Source: Candidatus Latescibacterota bacterium
GTDB taxonomy: Bacteria; Latescibacterota; MVCY01; DTYK01
Assembly (NCBI GenBank): GCA_012961925.1
Contig: DTYK01000230.1
Coordinates: 797-64,796 of the forward strand
DNA length: 64,000 nt
Reading direction: 5' to 3'
Made by a program: the position numbers and the translations under genes. Under the pieces are notes generated by a model. The model worked only from the letters and a program-made list of their open reading frames with translations. It searched no databases and was not told the DNA's origin. This document shows, piece after piece, positions 39,678 to 49,053 of this stretch (position 1 is the first letter of the stretch; each line of letters opens with the position of its first letter).

Positions 39678-40805
39678 TTACAGCCAGCCAGTCAGTTCCG
39701 CCAGCAATTTTGAATATTCGACGTAATCAGGCCATGATATGTCGGGTGGGACCCCGTGATCGCATCCGGGGATGAATCCTCCATCTTTCAATAGGGGAGG
39801 TACTACTCGCATGACTTCCCTCTCCATGGCCCGTCCACCCTTGGCAAGGGCACGTTTATCAATGCCGCCGATATATGCCATCCTGTTCCCATATCTCTTC
39901 CGATACTCGACGATGTCGTTGCCAGCGGCGACCTCCACAGGCTGGCAGCAGTTGATCCCTGCCTCTATCCAGATAGGGATCAGTTCACCGATGTAACCGT
40001 CCGAATCCATCGAAACCAGAGGACAACCGCTTGCCTTGATCTCTGAAACCCAGCGATCGTATGTTGGCAGTAAAAACTGCCGGACCATCCTCGGTGAGAT
40101 CATGCTGTGGCCCTTGTAGGCCATGTCCTCCGAAATACATACGCTGTCCACCTCGACCTTTTCAAGGATAGGCGCCATCGTCCGGGAGACGAACCCGGCC
40201 CAGAAATCGATCATCTCTTGTACAAAATCAGGATCATCCATCATCAACATGCAGAGGTTTTCGAAGCCACACCATTCCCGGAGCTGCCAGAAAGGTCCAT
40301 TAAAACCAAAACTCACCACATAATCTCGGTTCTTCAACCTCTCGCATCGCTGCTCAAAATCCTCCGGGTAGCGCCCAGGCGCCTTTGGATCGAAACGTCT
40401 TTTCATCTCCTCCCAGTCCTTGTGGTTCTCTACCGGGAACTTGTGCCACTTCCGGGTCACGAAATCCTTAGCCGAACGGATGTAGGTGTAGTCGTATTGG
40501 TCTGAGATCTCAGTGATGGCCCCCATCCAGTCCTGCACCACGTAATGTCCATCCCTGTGTTCAAGCACCTTCTCCTCAAATTTGGGAATCATCTGAAACG
40601 ATACGCCCAGATCGACCCTCGGCTCCTGAGGTTCCTGTTCTATGCCGAGGATGTCAAGCAGGGCCTCGTAATAGCTTGCTCCTTCGGGAAGCCCCTGCTG
40701 GTGCCATGTCGCCAGGGTGGATTCTCTCGGGCCCCCAGGAGAAAAGGGTATCTTATCAGGTTTACCAAAAAGGAGTGTTTCCCGATACCGCTCCCTCTTA
40801 TTCAT
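39678..40805 (-). CDS. uroporphyrinogen decarboxylase (URO-D) family protein of unknown function
   Basis: 375 aa with a URO-D/MtaA-like TIM-barrel pattern. It lies inside a pentose/pentitol catabolic array. Confidence 0.6.
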   Translation of the reverse strand: MNKRERYRETLLFGKPDKIPFSPGGPRESTLATWHQQGLPEGASYYEALLDILGIEQEPQEPRVDLGVSFQMIPKFEEKVLEHRDGHYVVQDWMGAITEISDQYDYTYIRSAKDFVTRKWHKFPVENHKDWEEMKRRFDPKAPGRYPEDFEQRCERLKNRDYVVSFGFNGPFWQLREWCGFENLCMLMMDDPDFVQEMIDFWAGFVSRTMAPILEKVEVDSVCISEDMAYKGHSMISPRMVRQFLLPTYDRWVSEIKASGCPLVSMDSDGYIGELIPIWIEAGINCCQPVEVAAGNDIVEYRKRYGNRMAYIGGIDKRALAKGGRAMEREVMRVVPPLLKDGGFIPGCDHGVPPDISWPDYVEYSKLLAELTGWL

Positions 40806-41485
40806 CTGACCCCCTCCATCTTTTCCTGTCCGTATCTATGGTGGTACCGATCCCACCATTTCTCGATCTCATCCGGCGATAATTCATCGGGCTTCCCCCT
40901 CAGGAGAGTGAGGTAGACGGTCTTTGCTACGTCTTCCACCATCACCGCTGCCTTCAAGGCAGCAGATGGAGAAGGACCAAAGGTAAAGACCCCATGATTC
41001 TTCAAGAGTACGGCCGGGCCTCTATTCATCGCACGGACGACGGCCCTCCCTATGTTGTCCGCCTCGTTACTTGCATATTCCGCACACGGGATCTCTCCGC
41101 CAAATTCATCCGCTATAGCCGTCAGATAGGGTCTGATAGGCTGCCCCAATGCCGCAAAGCTCGTGGCATAGTTCGAATGTGTATGAACAATACCGTTTAT
41201 CCCGGATTTATGACGATAAATGTAAAGATGATTGGGCAGATCTACTGACGGGCGGAAGACGCCTTCAAGGGCATTCCCATCAAGATCAACAACCACCAGA
41301 TCCTCAGGCTTCATCTCCTCAAATCTCACACCGCTTGGCTTGATGACTACGTAATTGGTCTCCGGATCTCGGCCACTCACATTGCCGCTTGTCATGGTCA
41401 CCAGTCCCTGTCTCGGCAATTCCTGGTTCATCCGCCATACTTCCTGCCGTAGCCTTTCCAACATGATCAGATCCTCCCTTGACAA
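40802..41485 (-). CDS. araD: L-ribulose-5-phosphate 4-epimerase (class II aldolase family)
   Basis: Sequence LVTMTSGNVSGRDPETNYVVIKPSGV...NGIVHTHSNYAT...IPCAEY, which matches E. coli AraD motif by motif. Confidence 0.8.
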   Translation of the reverse strand: MSREDLIMLERLRQEVWRMNQELPRQGLVTMTSGNVSGRDPETNYVVIKPSGVRFEEMKPEDLVVVDLDGNALEGVFRPSVDLPNHLYIYRHKSGINGIVHTHSNYATSFAALGQPIRPYLTAIADEFGGEIPCAEYASNEADNIGRAVVRAMNRGPAVLLKNHGVFTFGPSPSAALKAAVMVEDVAKTVYLTLLRGKPDELSPDEIEKWWDRYHHRYGQEKMEGVR

Positions 41486-41493
41486 CCTTTCAC

Positions 41494-43170
41494 CTATCTT
41501 GTCACCTCCGCCCTGATCCTCTTTAGCCTCTTCATCACATCGTTTTCGCCGCGTCCGAAGTAATCATGCAATCTGGCATATTCCCCAAATAGTTCCTCAT
41601 ATATCCTTTTGTTCTCCGGGATGGGGATGAACTTCTCGTCCTTGATCCTCGCCATCCTCCGTGCTGCCTCGAAGATATCGTCATACCCGCCATTCTCACT
41701 TCCTGCGGCCACAGCCCCGAACATTGCAGAGCCGAAGGCGGAGGTCTGAGGGGAAGCCGCGAGCTTTATCTCCCTTCCCGTGACATCGGCGAAGATCTGC
41801 ATCACCAGCTTATTCCTTTCAGGCAATCCCCCGCACGCATATATCTCATCAACCGCCACACCCGAGTCCTCAAAGGCCTTTATGATCATCCGCGTGCCAT
41901 AAGCAGTAGATTCGATAAGCGCACGGTAGATCTCTTCAGGACGAGTATTGAGCGTACAACCCATGAGAAATCCCATGAGATCAGCATCCACCAGCACCGA
42001 CCTGTTTCCATTCCACCAGTCCAGGGCCAACAGACCTGTCTCTCCTGGCTTGAGCCTGGAGGCCTTCTCCTCCAAGAGGGCATGAAGGTCGATGTCCCTC
42101 CGTTCTGCTTCTTCATGGTACTCCGGAGGGACACATGCCTTTAGAAACCACGCATAAATGTCTCCCACCGCAGATTGTCCTGCTTCGAAGCCGATGAAGC
42201 CGGGCAGGATACCGTCCTCCACGGCTCCACACATACCTTCTACGGTCTTCCTCTCCCTCCCCAATACCATATGGCAGATGGAGGTCCCCATTATCATAAC
42301 CATCTTACCCGGCTCCGTCACAGTAGCGGCGGGCACGGCAACATGTGCATCCACGTTGCCAACTGCCACGGATGTCCCAGGCTTAAGACCTGTCAGCCGG
42401 GCCATTTCTGGAGTGAGACCGCCTGCCTTCGTGCCAAGAGGGTATATGTCAGTCGAAAGTTTCTCCTCAACTACGTTCTCAAACCCTGGATGCACTGACC
42501 GGAAATAATCCCTGCTCGGATAACCATGTTTTTTATCCCATATCGCCTTGTAGCCCGCTGTGCAGAGGTTACGTCTTTCATTGCCTGTGAGCTGGAGTAC
42601 GATCCAATCTGCCCCTTCAATCATCCTGTCCGCAGCCTCATATATCTCCGGGGCTTCGTTCAGTATCTGGAGGATCTTCGGGAAAAACCACTCCGACGAG
42701 ATCTTTCCCCCATACCTCAAGAGGAATTTCTCCCCCCTCTCTCTAGCCACCTGATTTACCCTGTCAGCCTCCGGCTGGGCCGCATGGTGTTTCCACAGCT
42801 TCACCCAGGCGTGGGGATTACCTTTGTACTGATTCAACATACACAAAGGGGTGCCCCCTTTATCTATAGGCATCATCGTACACGATGTGAAATCTATCCC
42901 CAGGCCGACCACACATTCAGGATTAATCCCCGCCTGCTCGATCACAGCCGGTATTGTGGTCTTCAGTACCTCAATGTAATCGGCTGGATTTTGGAGCGCC
43001 CAGTCCGGTTCCAACTGGGTACTTCCGTCCGGCAGCACTCGGTCTATAACTCCATCTTTATAGTGATGCACGGATGTGCCAACCTCCTCACCCGTCTCCA
43101 CGTCCACGAGAACAGTTCGGCCTGACTCCGTACCGAAGTCTATGCCTATGGAGTATCTTTTGCCATACAT
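41494..43170 (-). CDS. araB: ribulokinase
   Basis: 558-aa FGGY kinase; [31 protein letters not shown] parallels the E. coli AraB region. Confidence 0.85.
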   Translation of the reverse strand: MYGKRYSIGIDFGTESGRTVLVDVETGEEVGTSVHHYKDGVIDRVLPDGSTQLEPDWALQNPADYIEVLKTTIPAVIEQAGINPECVVGLGIDFTSCTMMPIDKGGTPLCMLNQYKGNPHAWVKLWKHHAAQPEADRVNQVARERGEKFLLRYGGKISSEWFFPKILQILNEAPEIYEAADRMIEGADWIVLQLTGNERRNLCTAGYKAIWDKKHGYPSRDYFRSVHPGFENVVEEKLSTDIYPLGTKAGGLTPEMARLTGLKPGTSVAVGNVDAHVAVPAATVTEPGKMVMIMGTSICHMVLGRERKTVEGMCGAVEDGILPGFIGFEAGQSAVGDIYAWFLKACVPPEYHEEAERRDIDLHALLEEKASRLKPGETGLLALDWWNGNRSVLVDADLMGFLMGCTLNTRPEEIYRALIESTAYGTRMIIKAFEDSGVAVDEIYACGGLPERNKLVMQIFADVTGREIKLAASPQTSAFGSAMFGAVAAGSENGGYDDIFEAARRMARIKDEKFIPIPENKRIYEELFGEYARLHDYFGRGENDVMKRLKRIRAEVTR

Positions 43171-43248
43171 CTGTTACCAAGTCCTCCTTTCATGGAGATA
43201 TTTTGCTGATACAATGTGACATCTATACGAAAAGGGCAAAAACCTTCT

Positions 43249-44280
43249 TCAAATCCTGATGACAGCTTTAACTACTCCATCACCGTAGCTCTCGACTAAA
43301 TGAAAGGCGGATACTATCTCTTCAAGAGAGAACTCATGAGTAACCAGAGATTTAACATCGACCAACCTCTTCTCAACCAACCTGATGGCCCTGGGATAGG
43401 TATGTCTCATCCTCCTAACCAGCTTGATGGTAATCCCCTTACGACGGGCAGAAGAGGCACTTAAATGGATACTATCCTCGGAAGAGATACCTATGAGGAC
43501 CACCCTGCCCCCGGGCTTCACTATATCCACTGCCTGCTGGGGCGTTTCTACCACGCCGGCCGCTTCAAAGACCACATCTACACCTCTATTACCAGTTGCA
43601 TCCGTTATCCTTCTCACCGGGTCTTCAACAGCAGCGTTAATCACCAGGGAGGCACCGAAATGTTCCGCCCAACTGAGCCTATCCCGAAGCAGATCCGTAG
43701 CATATATCTCAGCCGCTCCTGTCAACCTGACGAGCTGGATTACCGAGAGCCCGATCGAACCAGAACCCAGTACGGCTACTGTCTCCGCGGGCTTAACCTT
43801 ACCGAGATCTACAGCATGAAGGCTCACGGCCAGAGGTTCTATCATTGCCCCTTCAGCAAGGCTCAAGCCTCCTGGTAGTGGAAAAACGAAGTCCGAAGGG
43901 TAGGGTATCTGCTCCCTGTAGCAGCCGTCAACCGGCGGAGTGCCGCAGAACTTCATACTTTTACATAGGTTATAGTTCCCTTCACGGCATGCCTCACAGA
44001 CACGGCAGGGCACCCCTGGTTCGACACAGACGGGAACCCCGGGCTCTAATCCATCCACCCTCTTCCCCACCTCTTCTACCACACCGGCGAATTCATGCCC
44101 AAGGATGATAGGTTTAGTAACGACAGCGTCTCCTATCCTACCGTATCTGAAGTAATGAACATCAGACCTGCAGACACCAGCAGCTTTTACCCTGATCAGG
44201 ACCTCGCCATCTCTGATCCCTGGCGGCTTGGCGTCTTCAATACGCAGGTCCCCTGGACGATACAGTCTGGCAACTCGCAT
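43249..44280 (-). CDS. Zn-dependent polyol dehydrogenase (sorbitol/xylitol/arabinitol dehydrogenase family, MDR)
   Basis: Catalytic Zn ligands (GVCRSDVHY, GHEFAG), a structural Zn motif CRVCEACREGNYNLC, and a Rossmann GSGSIG. Confidence 0.75.
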   Translation of the reverse strand: MRVARLYRPGDLRIEDAKPPGIRDGEVLIRVKAAGVCRSDVHYFRYGRIGDAVVTKPIILGHEFAGVVEEVGKRVDGLEPGVPVCVEPGVPCRVCEACREGNYNLCKSMKFCGTPPVDGCYREQIPYPSDFVFPLPGGLSLAEGAMIEPLAVSLHAVDLGKVKPAETVAVLGSGSIGLSVIQLVRLTGAAEIYATDLLRDRLSWAEHFGASLVINAAVEDPVRRITDATGNRGVDVVFEAAGVVETPQQAVDIVKPGGRVVLIGISSEDSIHLSASSARRKGITIKLVRRMRHTYPRAIRLVEKRLVDVKSLVTHEFSLEEIVSAFHLVESYGDGVVKAVIRI

Positions 44281-44325
44281 CTCTCAACCTGTAACTTGAT
44301 AGTATAGGAGTTTCCCCTTTTTAAA

Positions 44326-44346
44326 CCACAGATTAACCCAGATTCG
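44326..44346. repeat. CACAGATTA-type repeat upstream of the polyol dehydrogenase gene
   Basis: ACCACAGATTAACCCAGATTCGG, related to 34848-34880. Confidence 0.45.
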
Positions 44347-44387
44347 GAAAACACCGAACAAACGCCGAAAACAACTGACCTAACTTC

Positions 44388-44426
44388 TTCGAATGTTTTT
44401 CAGTGTTCAATTTCCCGGATTTAGCA
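44388..44426. repeat. copy 2 of a ~40-nt conserved motif (CGAATG-TTTTTCAGTGTTCAATTTCC-CGGATTTAG)
   Basis: Aligns with 16089-16131 and 59052-59092. Confidence 0.5.
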
Positions 44427-44431
44427 CTTTC

Positions 44432-44452
44432 GGTCGGGGGTAAACCCCGACC
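44432..44452. promoter_or_regulatory. GC-rich hairpin GGTCGGGG-GTAAA-CCCCGACC
   Basis: Perfect 8-bp stem read directly, in the rplS-dehydrogenase spacer between the two repeat elements. Confidence 0.35.
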
Positions 44453-44467
44453 CTACCTCCGTTTTCA

Positions 44468-44580
44468 GCTCACCCCAGGAGTTAATGCTTTAGCATTTCA
44501 TCCTATGTAAGACGTACCCCCGAGCCTGTAGAGCGGGGGATGAAAGGCTGAAGTTTGAACTCCAACTCGCCCTCCCTTTC
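44468..44580. repeat. copy C of the ~110-nt conserved intergenic element (rplS-dehydrogenase spacer)
   Basis: Same conserved termini as copies A and B. The variable core forms its own hairpin, CCCCCG-agcctgtagag-CGGGGG. Confidence 0.7.
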
Positions 44581-44693
44581 GATCAGAGGCGCCTGAAAAC
44601 GGCCGTTCCGTTTGCCGGACGGTCATAACGGCTCAGGCTTAAGTGCACCTCATCCTCCACTACGCCAAACGGGTACAGCACCTTTTGAGGTAG

Positions 44694-45035
44694 CTATCTC
44701 CTTTTAGCGATCCTTGCGGCTTTCCCCTTGAGTTCTCTCAGGTAGAAGAGCTTCGCCCTCCTTACTCTGCCTCTTTGAACCACCTCGATCTTAACCAGGT
44801 TTGGAGAGTGTAGGGGAAATATCCTCTCTACGCTTACTCCGCCCGATACCCTTCGGACGGTAAAGGTCTCACTGATGCCACTGCCTCTCCTCTGGAGGAC
44901 TACCCCCTGAAATATCTGGGTCCGTTCCTTTTCCCCCTCAATCACTCTTACGTGTACCCTCACCGTGTCACCGGGACCAAACTCCGGGATATCATCCTTG
45001 ATCTGGTTTGCGACGACAGAAGTTAAAACATCCAT
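44694..45035 (-). CDS. rplS: 50S ribosomal protein L19
   Basis: 113-aa canonical L19 (..[25 protein letters not shown]..). Confidence 0.95.
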   Translation of the reverse strand: MDVLTSVVANQIKDDIPEFGPGDTVRVHVRVIEGEKERTQIFQGVVLQRRGSGISETFTVRRVSGGVSVERIFPLHSPNLVKIEVVQRGRVRRAKLFYLRELKGKAARIAKRR

Positions 45036-45121
45036 CTTCTCTCCTTCTGATTCAAAATTTATGATTCATGAGAGACTATAACATATTGGAGGAGGCGGAA
45101 CCCTCTAACAACCCAGGGGAC

Positions 45122-45811
45122 TTAGAGATCGTCCCCGGATATTAAATCCGGTCTTCTCCTCCGTGTCCTCTCCAAAGATTTCGCTCTTCTCCACTCCTCT
45201 ATCTTTCGATGATCTCCTGAGAACAGGATCTCGGGGACTTCCATCCCCTCAAATACCCTGGGACGCGTATACCATGGGCAATCAAGAAGGCCATCTTGAA
45301 AGGAATCGTCCAGGGCAGATTGTGAATCGTTCAGAACGCCGGGCATTAAACGTACCACGGCATCAATGACCACCATTGCTGCAAGCTCACCGCCGCTGAG
45401 AACATAGTCGCCAATTGAGATCTCATCGGTCACGTATTTCTCTCTTATCCTTTCATCTATACCTTTATAATGGCCACAGATGAAGACCAAGTGCTTCTCC
45501 AGTGAAAGTCTATTTGCCATCGACTGAGTGAATAGTTCACCCTGCGGTGTAAGAAAGATAACCCTCTTTGGTTCCTCCCTTCCTCTTTTGAGCGACCGTA
45601 ATGCCCGGGCTATGGGTTCTGGTTTGAGCACCATGCCAGGGCCTCCGCCGAAGGGGTAATCGTCCACTTTCCTATGGGCATCGAGTGCAAAATCACGGAT
45701 GTTGTGTATCTCTATGGTGATCAGCCCCTTATCTCTGGCTCGGCGGACAAGTCCCCCTCCAAATGGAGCGCAGAACATCTCCGGGAATATGGTCAATATA
45801 TCGATCAACAT
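45122..45811 (-). CDS. trmD: tRNA (guanine37-N1)-methyltransferase
   Basis: Sequence [13 protein letters not shown]...[17 protein letters not shown]. Confidence 0.9.
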   Translation of the reverse strand: MLIDILTIFPEMFCAPFGGGLVRRARDKGLITIEIHNIRDFALDAHRKVDDYPFGGGPGMVLKPEPIARALRSLKRGREEPKRVIFLTPQGELFTQSMANRLSLEKHLVFICGHYKGIDERIREKYVTDEISIGDYVLSGGELAAMVVIDAVVRLMPGVLNDSQSALDDSFQDGLLDCPWYTRPRVFEGMEVPEILFSGDHRKIEEWRRAKSLERTRRRRPDLISGDDL

Positions 45812-46326
45812 GGTTCTAACAATCCATCGAGAAGCGAAATCACCATCTTCTGTCCTTCGGTATCAATCTCCTGCACCACATCCTCGATGGCCGGAATCAA
45901 TACCTCCTTCCCTTCATGCTCGACTACATATACATCATTGGCCGGAAGTTCAAGTACATCCTTCACAGTGCCTATATACTCTCCAGCATCGGTTTCAACC
46001 TTCATGCCGATAATATCAAAAACCCAGTACCCACCTTCTGGGGCAGGAGGAATCTGCCTCCTCTCCACCAATATTAGTGTATCCCGCAGCCGATCAGCGT
46101 TAGAGATGGAGTCTATACCTTCAAACTTCACCAGTAGAAAGTCTTTCCGTCTCTTTGCTTCCTCGATCTGTAAAGTCTCCGTCTTACCGTCAGCGAACTG
46201 GACAAGAACCGACCTCTGAGAACATAACCAGTCGATCAGCTCCTTCAATGGCTTTATTCTGACCTCACCACAGTCACCACTGGGCCTTGTAATCTCTGCG
46301 ACAGCTACAAGCTCATTGCCACGCAT
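45805..46326 (-). CDS. rimM: 16S rRNA processing protein RimM
   Basis: 173-aa protein with RimM N-terminal and PRC-barrel domains; rpsP-rimM-trmD-rplS context. Confidence 0.85.
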   Translation of the reverse strand: MRGNELVAVAEITRPSGDCGEVRIKPLKELIDWLCSQRSVLVQFADGKTETLQIEEAKRRKDFLLVKFEGIDSISNADRLRDTLILVERRQIPPAPEGGYWVFDIIGMKVETDAGEYIGTVKDVLELPANDVYVVEHEGKEVLIPAIEDVVQEIDTEGQKMVISLLDGLLEPC

Positions 46327-46444
46327 GACGGAACACCAATGCCTCCGGACTCGGCTCTACCAGGATTGAGTCACCCTGATGTCACTCTGCCTCTTAATAT
46401 CTGCTATAAACATCGACCCTGCGTTGTCTCGTAATACCGCCCTC

Positions 46445-47044
46445 TTAATTTCCAGTGGCATCTTCGGCCTGCGGCTTCTGTTTCTGCTGCCTGGCGCGGC
46501 GCTGTTTCTTTGGCCTTGTTTCAGCCACGGTATCACCCTGCGTCTCCGGAACAGGCGGCTCAGGCTCCTCGGCAGCTTCATCTCTTCCTTCTGCGTCCGA
46601 CGGCGCAGGTTGGACTGGCTCCGTCGGCGTCTGCTCCTCTCGTTCAGTTGGCGTTTCTGCTGGAGGAACATGCTCGGCTGGTTCCGGGGAGGTCGTTTCA
46701 GCCTCACCGACTTCTGGCTCCGTTGGTTCGGGCGCGGCAAGCTCTGGCTCAACGCTCACAGGTTCAGCCGTTGGAGTGGCTCTGCGTATCTGATCCCATT
46801 TGCTCAGGACACCATATCGCTTGAGCAGACTTCTGGCCGTCTCAGTAGGTATTGCGCCTTTGCTTAACCAGAAGATCACCCGCTCTTCGTCGATCCTCAC
46901 CTCTGCAGGATCCGGGATGGGGTTGTAGAAGCCTAACTCCTCGATGTATACACCATCTCTCGGGGCCTTTGAATCCGCAACAACTATCCTGTAGAACGGT
47001 CTCTTTTTGGCCCCCATTCGCTTCAACCTGATCTTTACTGGCAA
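46445..47044 (-). CDS. rpsP: 30S ribosomal protein S16 with ~115-aa Pro/Glu/Thr/Ala-rich C-terminal extension
   Basis: Canonical S16 over aa 1-80 ([31 protein letters not shown]..), then a low-complexity acidic tail (..[27 protein letters not shown]..) ending in a basic [12 protein letters not shown] patch. Confidence 0.85.
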   Translation of the reverse strand: MPVKIRLKRMGAKKRPFYRIVVADSKAPRDGVYIEELGFYNPIPDPAEVRIDEERVIFWLSKGAIPTETARSLLKRYGVLSKWDQIRRATPTAEPVSVEPELAAPEPTEPEVGEAETTSPEPAEHVPPAETPTEREEQTPTEPVQPAPSDAEGRDEAAEEPEPPVPETQGDTVAETRPKKQRRARQQKQKPQAEDATGN

Positions 47045-47079
47045 GATTACACCTCCTTTGAAATCTTCATGGAAATCCC

Positions 47080-48405
47080 TTAAAAAGGGAACATCGGTCT
47101 ACTCGTACGTCCTACCTTCATCTTTCCGATCTTCCTGGCCATTTTCTGGATCATGGAGAACTGTTTTAATAACGAATTTACCTCCTGTACACTGGTACCA
47201 CTTCCCATAGCGATCCTTTTACGCCTGCTCCCGTCGATTATGTGCGGCTTTCGCCGCTCTTCTTTAGTCATGGAGTTGATGATTGCCTCGGTACGTATAA
47301 GGGCACGTTCGTCCGGCTTTAATCCCTTAAGAACCTGTCCAGCTCCAGGGATCAGATCGAGGAGCTGATCAAGAGGCCCCAGTCTTTTCACCTGGCGGAG
47401 TTGCTCGAGAAAATCATCAAAGGTGAAGGTCTCTTTTCTAAGCTTCTCCTCAAGTTCCTTCGCCTTTTCGATATCAACGGCCTCCTGGGCTTTTTCCACA
47501 AGTGAGGGCAGGTCACCCATGCCGAGAATGCGCGATGCCATACGTTCAGGGTGGAAAACCTCAAGTGCATCAACCTTTTCTCCCACTCCCACAAACTTTA
47601 TGGGTTTTCCGGTGACCGTCCTTATTGAGAGAGCAGCACCCCCCCTCGCATCTCCGTCGAGTTTCGTCAGGATCACACCGTCGAAACCCAGTCTCTCATG
47701 GAACTCTCCTGCAATGTTGACGGCATCCTGACCTGTCATCCCGTCGGCCACAAGCAAGATCTCGTGAGGGCGTACCCTTTCCCTAATCTTTACAAGCTCC
47801 TCCATCATCTCCTGGTCTACGTGGAGCCGGCCAGCGGTATCCAGTATTAACAGATCCAGCCCAGAACGTCTGGCTGCGGTGACGGCGTCGGTACATATAT
47901 CTATCGGGTCTGTATTGGCATCAGGCGAATGGACCGGGACATCAAGGGCTAAACCCAGGACCCGCAACTGTTCAACTGCCGCCGGACGGCGGGTATCAAC
48001 GGCTACCAGCATTGGACTCTTTCCCTTCGACCTGAAATACCGGGCGAGCTTTGCCGCAACTGTCGTCTTACCACCTCCCTGAAGGCCAACCAGCATTATC
48101 ACCGTCGGCGGAGCCGGGCTAAAATTGATCCCCACAGCAGAGCCTCCCATCAGATAGGTGAGCTCATCATAAACTATCTTTATCACCTGCTGTGCCGGGG
48201 TAAGGCTTTTTAAAACCTTCGCCCCGATGGCCTTTTCGCCTACCCTTTCGATAAACTCCCTTGTAACCTTATAGTTAACATCTGCCTCCAATAGGACACG
48301 TCTGATATCCCTTAAACAGTTCCGGACGTCCGATTCGGATAGCTTACCACGTTTCCCCAATTTCCTGAAAACCTGCTCTAACCCTTCAGACAACAGCTCA
48401 AACAT
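47080..48405 (-). CDS. ffh: signal recognition particle protein Ffh
   Basis: N domain, G domain (GLQGGGKTT) and M domain; 441 aa. Confidence 0.95.
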   Translation of the reverse strand: MFELLSEGLEQVFRKLGKRGKLSESDVRNCLRDIRRVLLEADVNYKVTREFIERVGEKAIGAKVLKSLTPAQQVIKIVYDELTYLMGGSAVGINFSPAPPTVIMLVGLQGGGKTTVAAKLARYFRSKGKSPMLVAVDTRRPAAVEQLRVLGLALDVPVHSPDANTDPIDICTDAVTAARRSGLDLLILDTAGRLHVDQEMMEELVKIRERVRPHEILLVADGMTGQDAVNIAGEFHERLGFDGVILTKLDGDARGGAALSIRTVTGKPIKFVGVGEKVDALEVFHPERMASRILGMGDLPSLVEKAQEAVDIEKAKELEEKLRKETFTFDDFLEQLRQVKRLGPLDQLLDLIPGAGQVLKGLKPDERALIRTEAIINSMTKEERRKPHIIDGSRRKRIAMGSGTSVQEVNSLLKQFSMIQKMARKIGKMKVGRTSRPMFPF

Positions 48406-48522
48406 ATCTCAGCCTCTCAAATTCAATACATAAAATCCTAAACAGCACCAAAATTCTATATTCAGATGTTCAAAACTGTGGGGGCCGAAGGTTCTTTGTC
48501 ACCATCACAGAAGGTTCGCGGG

Positions 48523-49053
48523 TTAATACTCTATTCCTCTTCTGGCCTCCAGCCCCCTCTCAAAGGGATGTTTCACATCCAGCATTTCGGTGACAAGATC
48601 CGCCTTCTGGATCACCAGCGGCCGGGCATTTCTACCCGTAAGGACCAGGTCGATCGTCCCAGGACGGAGGTCGATCAGTTCAATTGCATCCTTCTCCTCC
48701 ACAACACCCAAGTCTACAGCGGTATTTATCTCATCGAGTATCAGAAGATCACATTCACGGTTCTCCATGATCTCCCTGGCCCTGGATACGCCGGCAGAGG
48801 CAAGCCTTAAATCTTCCGGACCGGGGTTCCCTTTCCTGATGAACTCCCCTGTACCAAAACATTCGAACTTAAGGTTCTGAAGCCCGGCGGCGGAACGAAG
48901 TTCTCCAGAATTGCGTCCGTTCTTCAAGAATTGAAGAACTATCACCCGGAGGCCCCACCCGCAAGCTCTCAGGGCCTGTCCCAGAGCTGCCGTTGTCTTG
49001 CCCTTTCCAGAGCCTGTGTAGACCTGCACAATTCCAGGGTCCTTAGAACCCAT
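48523..49053 (-). CDS. cobO: ATP:cob(I)alamin adenosyltransferase (CobO/BtuR type)
   Basis: Sequence ..GIVQVYTGSGKGKTTAALGQALRA... Start taken at the ATG at 49053, which overlaps the upstream stop as ATGA; the M1 at 49128 would overlap the upstream gene by 76 nt. Confidence 0.75.
   Translation of the reverse strand: MGSKDPGIVQVYTGSGKGKTTAALGQALRACGWGLRVIVLQFLKNGRNSGELRSAAGLQNLKFECFGTGEFIRKGNPGPEDLRLASAGVSRAREIMENRECDLLILDEINTAVDLGVVEEKDAIELIDLRPGTIDLVLTGRNARPLVIQKADLVTEMLDVKHPFERGLEARRGIEY

Noticed and set aside
46357-46867. Several long overlapping ORFs in all frames (46357..46752 minus, 46379..46867 plus, 46455..46793 plus, 46510..46824 plus), including a candidate for the KH-domain protein expected between rpsP and rimM
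   Set aside because: They overlap the low-complexity, GC/Pro/Glu-rich rpsP tail and are compositional artefacts. Their translations are Arg/Ser/Gln-rich low complexity with no KH-domain (YlqC) similarity.
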